Shown one piece after another: positions 59,560 through 64,000 of a stretch of 64,000 bases of DNA. The translations under genes were made by a program, and so were the position numbers. Positions within the stretch are counted from its first letter, which is position 1; each line of letters opens with the position of its first letter. The notes under the pieces were generated by a model. That model searched no databases. It had not been told where the DNA came from and was given only the letters and a program-made list of their open reading frames with translations. This DNA comes from Elusimicrobiota bacterium (GTDB lineage Bacteria > Elusimicrobiota > Elusimicrobia > UBA1565 > UBA9628): the NCBI GenBank assembly GCA_027319565.1, contig DAHVNA010000003.1, positions 29,042-93,041 on the forward strand. Direction: 5' to 3'.

Positions 59560-61194
59560 TCACATCTTTTCCGGAGACGAGACGCCGATAAGGCCCAGGG
59601 CTTCTTTGATGATGAGGCGAACGCCCTCGCACAAAAAAAGCCGGGCGCGGGAAAGCTCAAGGTCTTGAGAATCCACCACCCGGCATTTCTCGTAGAACGG
59701 GTGGAAGAGACCCGCCAATTCCAGGACATAATTGGCCAGCGGATGCGGAGACAATTCTTTTTCAACGCTCTTTAAAATCTCGGGAAACCAGGCGATTTTA
59801 ATTAAGAGGGCGCGCTCTTCCGGAAAAAGAGGCGCTCCCTTTTTTTGAAAAAAGGGAACTATCCCTTTTTCGGCTATTTTTTGGCGCTCCGCCTCCTCAA
59901 AAATCGAGCAGATGCGCGCGTGAACATACTGGCAATAATAAACCGGGTTTTCCGAAGTGCGTTTTTTGGCGAGTTCCAGATCGAAATTGAGATGGGAATG
60001 GGGCGTTCTCATCGCGAAGAAAAACCGGCAGGCGTCTTTTCCCACCTCGTCAATCACCTCTTTGAGGCGCACGAATTCACCGGCGCGTTTGGACATTTTG
60101 ACCGGCTCTTTCCCCCGGAAAAGAAGAATGAGCTGATGGACAATCGCATGAAAGGATTTTTCCGGATAGCCTAAGGCCGCTATCGCCGCTTTCATGCGCG
60201 GCACGTATCCATGATGATCCGCCCCCAGGATATCAATCAAACGCGAAAAACCCCGGGAATATTTATTTTGATGATAGGCGATATCGGCTAAAAAATAGCT
60301 GGGGCGCCCGTCTTGCCGAATAAGAACCCGGTCCTTGTCGTCCTCAGAAGATGAGCTTGAGGCCGTGCCTAACCAAGTCGCGCCGTCTTTTTGATAGACC
60401 ATTCCGCGGGCTTTGAGAATCTCAAGCGCCGCGTCCAAGGCCTTAGCCTTGTGAAGCTCAGACTCCCGAAACCAACGATCGAAAGAAACTCCAAAAGCCG
60501 CCATATCTTCCTGATGGGTTTTCAAAAGAGCCTCGATTCCATGTTTGGCCAATTCATCGGCGCTCCAGGAATCCGCCTCTTTCGGAAAAGACTGGGCGAG
60601 TTGAGCGATATACTCTCCATGATAGCCGTCTTCGGGAACAGGCTCGCCTTTTCTTCGCGCCCAAAGGGATTTCCCGAATTTCTCAATTTGATTTCCCGCG
60701 TCGTTAATATAATATTCCGCCGCGACTTCATGCCCCAGGCGTTTTAAAATCCGGACCAAGGAATCTCCCAAGGCGCCTCCCCGTCCGGAGGCAAGATGCA
60801 AAGGCCCGGTGGGATTGGCGGAAACAAACTCGATGATCATTTTTTCGGGGTTGATGTCTTCTCTTCGGCCATAAACGCCGGGAGAGCGAACGGCCGTTTT
60901 CAAGTTCTCCCAAAGAACTTCCTCTGAAAGAGTCAGATTGACAAATCCGGGCGGGGCGGGATCCGCGCGCTCAACTCCATCCAACCCGCCAAGAATTTCC
61001 GCTATTTCCTTGGCCAAATCCAGCGGATTTTTTTGGTTCATCTTCGCGATTTGAAGAGGACAAACCAAGCTGAGGTCGGCTTTGACGTGCGCCGGGGCCA
61101 AAGAAAGAGGCAATTCTTCAGGAAGACTCAAAGATCGCGCTTGAGCCCAAGAGCGAATTTTTTCCGCGATTTTCTTTTGAAAATTTACGATCAT
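59560..61194 (-). CDS. argS: Arginine--tRNA ligase
   Basis: EFVSANPTGPLH, YFLADIAYH, GADHHGY, KMSKR, ENPVYYCQYVHAR, PEKM. Confidence 0.97.
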   Translation of the reverse strand: MIVNFQKKIAEKIRSWAQARSLSLPEELPLSLAPAHVKADLSLVCPLQIAKMNQKNPLDLAKEIAEILGGLDGVERADPAPPGFVNLTLSEEVLWENLKTAVRSPGVYGRREDINPEKMIIEFVSANPTGPLHLASGRGGALGDSLVRILKRLGHEVAAEYYINDAGNQIEKFGKSLWARRKGEPVPEDGYHGEYIAQLAQSFPKEADSWSADELAKHGIEALLKTHQEDMAAFGVSFDRWFRESELHKAKALDAALEILKARGMVYQKDGATWLGTASSSSSEDDKDRVLIRQDGRPSYFLADIAYHQNKYSRGFSRLIDILGADHHGYVPRMKAAIAALGYPEKSFHAIVHQLILLFRGKEPVKMSKRAGEFVRLKEVIDEVGKDACRFFFAMRTPHSHLNFDLELAKKRTSENPVYYCQYVHARICSIFEEAERQKIAEKGIVPFFQKKGAPLFPEERALLIKIAWFPEILKSVEKELSPHPLANYVLELAGLFHPFYEKCRVVDSQDLELSRARLFLCEGVRLIIKEALGLIGVSSPEKM

Positions 61195-61571
61195 CTCACC
61201 GCCTTTGACGCCGGCGAATCTTCCGACTCCCAATCGACGACCGGAGAATCGGCATAGATTTTTTCCAAGGCGTAAAAAGAACGGGTTTCCGCAGTCATGA
61301 TATGAACCATCAAACCGCCGAAATCCAGCGCCCGCCAATGATCGGAAGCGGGTTTAGCCCGGTGAAGACAATAAAGCCCGCTCGCCTTTAGCCTCTCTTT
61401 AATTTCCCACTCTAAAACCTCTAGGTGCGGTCGGGAGTTCGCGGTCACAAACAACCAATAATCGGCCAGAGGGCTTTTTTTGCCGGGGCGCAAAAGAAGA
61501 ATGTCTTCCCCCTTTTTATCGGAGGCCGCCCGGGCCGCTAGGACGGCGAAATTCTTTATTTTTGGAGCCAT
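61191..61571 (-). CDS. rsfS: Ribosome silencing factor
   Basis: DKKGEDI, DYWLFVTANS, W.ALDFG..MVHIM...R.FYALEKIY. Confidence 0.93.
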   Translation of the reverse strand: MAPKIKNFAVLAARAASDKKGEDILLLRPGKKSPLADYWLFVTANSRPHLEVLEWEIKERLKASGLYCLHRAKPASDHWRALDFGGLMVHIMTAETRSFYALEKIYADSPVVDWESEDSPASKAVR

Positions 61572-62647
61572 TATTGGGCCGCCTTTGGGGGAAGACCGGC
61601 TAATTGCCTCAGAGAATCGGGGTTTCGCGCTTTTTCAATGGCGGCTTCAACCGAGACGATTCCTTTTTTAACCAATTCCGCCAAGGATTTATCCATCGAA
61701 ATCATGCCGGTCTTGGCCCCGGTCTCAATGGAGCCGTAGATTAAATGAGTTTTTCCCTCCCGGATCAAGTTTGAAATCGCGGGGTTGACCACCATAATCT
61801 CCCGCGCGGCCGCGCGCCCCTGCTTGTCTTTTTTAAGCACCAAGGTCTGGGCGACGACCCCGCGCAACACCGTTGACAGCTGAACCCGAATTTGAGCCTG
61901 CTGATGCGGCGGAAAAACGTCGATCATCCTGTCGATGGTCGAGGCGCAATCTTGGGTATGAAGGGTCGCGAAACAAAGGTGTCCGGTTTCGGCCACCGTC
62001 ACCGCGAGTTGAATGGTCTCAAGATCGCGCAATTCTCCGACTAAAATCACGTCGGGGTCTTCGCGCAAGGCCGATTTTAAGGCGGCGGCAAAAGACTTGG
62101 TGTTTTGCCCCACTTCCCTCTGGCGAAAAATCGCTTGCTTGGGCTCATAGACAAACTCAATGGGATCTTCCACCGTCAAAATATGAACCGGAGATTTTTG
62201 ATTAATCATCTCAATAAGACACGCCAATGTCGTCGATTTCCCGGAGCCCGTCGGACCCGTGACGAGGACCAGCCCCCGGTCCAAGCTCGCAAAGCGCGCA
62301 ATGGCCTCCGGAAGATTAATTTCCTCGGGCGTCGGTATTTTAGAAGAAATCACGCGCATCACCGCCTCGACCCCGTTTTTCTGGACAAAGGCGTTGACGC
62401 GAAAACGCGACAAACCCGTCGCGCTAAAAGAGCAGTCCAATTCCCAGTTGGCCTCTAATTTTGCCCGCTGTTCATCATAGAGAATGGAATAGACCAGGCG
62501 CTTGGATTCTTCCGCGCTGAGAATGGGAAAACCGGGAACTTCCTTCATCTCTCCGTTTAAGCGCATCATCGGCGGTTTTCCGATGACTAGATGGGCGTCA
62601 GAGGCCCCGGCAGAGACAACCGCTTTGAGTACTTCAATGAGTTCCAT
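61571..62647 (-). CDS. pilT: Type IV pilus retraction ATPase
   Basis: ASDAHL, GPTGSGKSTT, EDPIE, QREVG, LREDPD, AETGH, AISNLIRE. Confidence 0.95.
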   Translation of the reverse strand: MELIEVLKAVVSAGASDAHLVIGKPPMMRLNGEMKEVPGFPILSAEESKRLVYSILYDEQRAKLEANWELDCSFSATGLSRFRVNAFVQKNGVEAVMRVISSKIPTPEEINLPEAIARFASLDRGLVLVTGPTGSGKSTTLACLIEMINQKSPVHILTVEDPIEFVYEPKQAIFRQREVGQNTKSFAAALKSALREDPDVILVGELRDLETIQLAVTVAETGHLCFATLHTQDCASTIDRMIDVFPPHQQAQIRVQLSTVLRGVVAQTLVLKKDKQGRAAAREIMVVNPAISNLIREGKTHLIYGSIETGAKTGMISMDKSLAELVKKGIVSVEAAIEKARNPDSLRQLAGLPPKAAQ

Positions 62648-62650
62648 CTT

Positions 62651-63427
62651 TTACGCTCCTTTTGCAAAAAAAATATTTCGCCAAATCCGCTTTAAGTTTA
62701 AAGTTCGCGAAGTCGCGCCCAAGGGGCAATCCGCGGCCAAAAAAACGCTAACGTCCACTAAATTTTTTGAATCGACCAAGGTCTCTTCCCTCGCGTTCAA
62801 GCATCCCAAGGCGCGCCAAACCCGCCAGGCCGCGCTGGGGTTTCCCGTCCGGTCATAAACGACGGTCCGAGTGAAATTGGTCTCGGAATTACCGACGCTC
62901 ACCACATCCATGCCGTTTAATCTTAGAACTTTCTCGGCCTCCGTGGCGAGCCCGGGGATTTTCGAGGCGTTCATAATTTCTGTCACCACCGCCAGAGACG
63001 AGTCCGTTCGGGGCGGGTAGAGAAGCTTAGCCGCCAATTCCTGATCCGTCTTGGGATTGACCGAAAGAGACACCCTGTCGACTTCTCCCAATTTTAAGGC
63101 CCGAGCTTTCATCCAAAACAAAAAACGGTTTAAATTTCCGGAAAACGATTGCGGAGAAAGCCGCCAGTCATGGACCTCAATTCCCAGGCCTTTGAAAATT
63201 CCTTCCATCTCCCGCCTCTGGGAGCCCTGCGCGAAAATTTTCTCCTCTTGAGAGCCTTCGTGAACAATGCTAAAGCCGTTTTTGTCCTCGATGACCCAAG
63301 GCCTCTTTGAGCGCAAGGTTTGGGAAAAGGGAGAAAAAAATTCGATGAGGCCGGACAAAAGCAACACGCCAGCGGCGCAAACGGCCAACCAGCGCTCGGT
63401 CTGAACTAGAGAATGAGGGAATTCCAT
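62651..63427 (-). CDS. Membrane-anchored protein with LytR C-terminal domain
   Basis: TM, then EIMNAS.IPGLA...L...G.DVVSVGN, TVVYDR, DVSVFLA. Confidence 0.75.
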   Translation of the reverse strand: MEFPHSLVQTERWLAVCAAGVLLLSGLIEFFSPFSQTLRSKRPWVIEDKNGFSIVHEGSQEEKIFAQGSQRREMEGIFKGLGIEVHDWRLSPQSFSGNLNRFLFWMKARALKLGEVDRVSLSVNPKTDQELAAKLLYPPRTDSSLAVVTEIMNASKIPGLATEAEKVLRLNGMDVVSVGNSETNFTRTVVYDRTGNPSAAWRVWRALGCLNAREETLVDSKNLVDVSVFLAADCPLGATSRTLNLKRIWRNIFFAKGA

Positions 63428-63999
63428 ACTTGGATGGGAAACGGGTGAATCCACCCGCGCAAAGACAAGGCATGCCGAATTTTTCCGTTGAGACATTCCA
63501 GGAAAGCCTCTTGAGGGTCGCGCGCCGCCAGTTCTCGAAGTTGAGCGGCCTCGGAATAATTCCGGTCTTCAGAACAAGTATCGCAGACATAAATCAAGCG
63601 CTCCAAGTTTCCCATCGCGAAGGCCCCTAAGGTGTGATGCCGAATCGCTTTAAGAATATCCTCATTTTTAATTCCAAAGATTCGCCGAGAGATATCCTCG
63701 CTGATATAGGCATGAAGGAGAATCGGCTGATACGCGGAAACCTCCCGCAAAAGAGGAATGCGCAGGCGGCGTTTTTGGCAATAAGATTTCATCTCTGAAA
63801 CCGGAATGCTTCTGCCCGCGTCGTGCAAAAGCCCGGCCAAGGCCGCCTCAAAAGAATCTACCCGCCAAACGGAAGACAAATTGCGAGAAAGCCTGGCCAC
63901 AGAAATGGAGTGTAACAGGCGTTCGGGTTTTAAAATTTTCTTGAGTTTGGAAAGAATGGACACTCCGTAAAGGCCTTCTTGGTTAATCCATTCAAGAAC
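63406..63999 (-). CDS. yqeK: NadD-YqeK fusion (5' partial); YqeK HD-domain Ap4A hydrolase part
   Basis: RLLHS, GLLHDAG, LLHA, IRHHTLG, IYVCD; frame stays open to the edge reading VLEWINQEGLYG (NadD-like C-terminus). Confidence 0.88.
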   Translation of the reverse strand, partial: VLEWINQEGLYGVSILSKLKKILKPERLLHSISVARLSRNLSSVWRVDSFEAALAGLLHDAGRSIPVSEMKSYCQKRRLRIPLLREVSAYQPILLHAYISEDISRRIFGIKNEDILKAIRHHTLGAFAMGNLERLIYVCDTCSEDRNYSEAAQLRELAARDPQEAFLECLNGKIRHALSLRGWIHPFPIQVWNSLIL

Positions 64000-64000
64000 G

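Noticed and set aside
59532-59765. Numerous short alternative-frame and antisense ORFs in the track (example given)
   Set aside because: Nested in well-supported genes, with no motifs or initiation signals
61195-61338. ORF-track N-terminal extensions of argS (and similarly pgk, arginase, gap, fur, TPR, response regulator)
   Set aside because: They overlap neighbouring genes or promoters; downstream starts fit RBS or -10 positions and family N-termini

Overview
Gene-dense bacterial chromosomal window from a diderm (LptD-like, secretin and PorV-like genes). Gene content suggests Elusimicrobiota, but that is inference only. Left to right: YbhFSR-like ABC exporter; an atypical short sigma-54 divergent from a PAS histidine kinase and an NtrC-family activator with no HTH; an ACP-less FAS-II-like cluster next to a secreted Zn-phospholipase C and unsaturated-fatty-acid beta-oxidation helpers; a PerR-Dps-cytochrome c peroxidase operon; gap-arginase-pgk followed by System II cytochrome c biogenesis, hemA and an M16 peptidase; msrBA, peroxiredoxin, lptD; rpmE-prfA-prmC-murA-folC-ROK; a large minus-strand Tad/Flp pilus locus joined to T9SS-like parts (PorV-family barrel and a 1.4k-aa protein of tandem FlgD-Ig/CTD-like modules); and nadD-yqeK fusion/LytR_C/pilT/rsfS/argS. 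The most unusual signals are two ~300-bp inverted arrays of a 10-bp repeat that themselves encode the signal peptides of TadB and the PorV-like protein, a tRNA-like three-way junction inside the TadE leader, and many apparently leaderless promoters. No rRNA, canonical tRNA, CRISPR array or transposase was seen.
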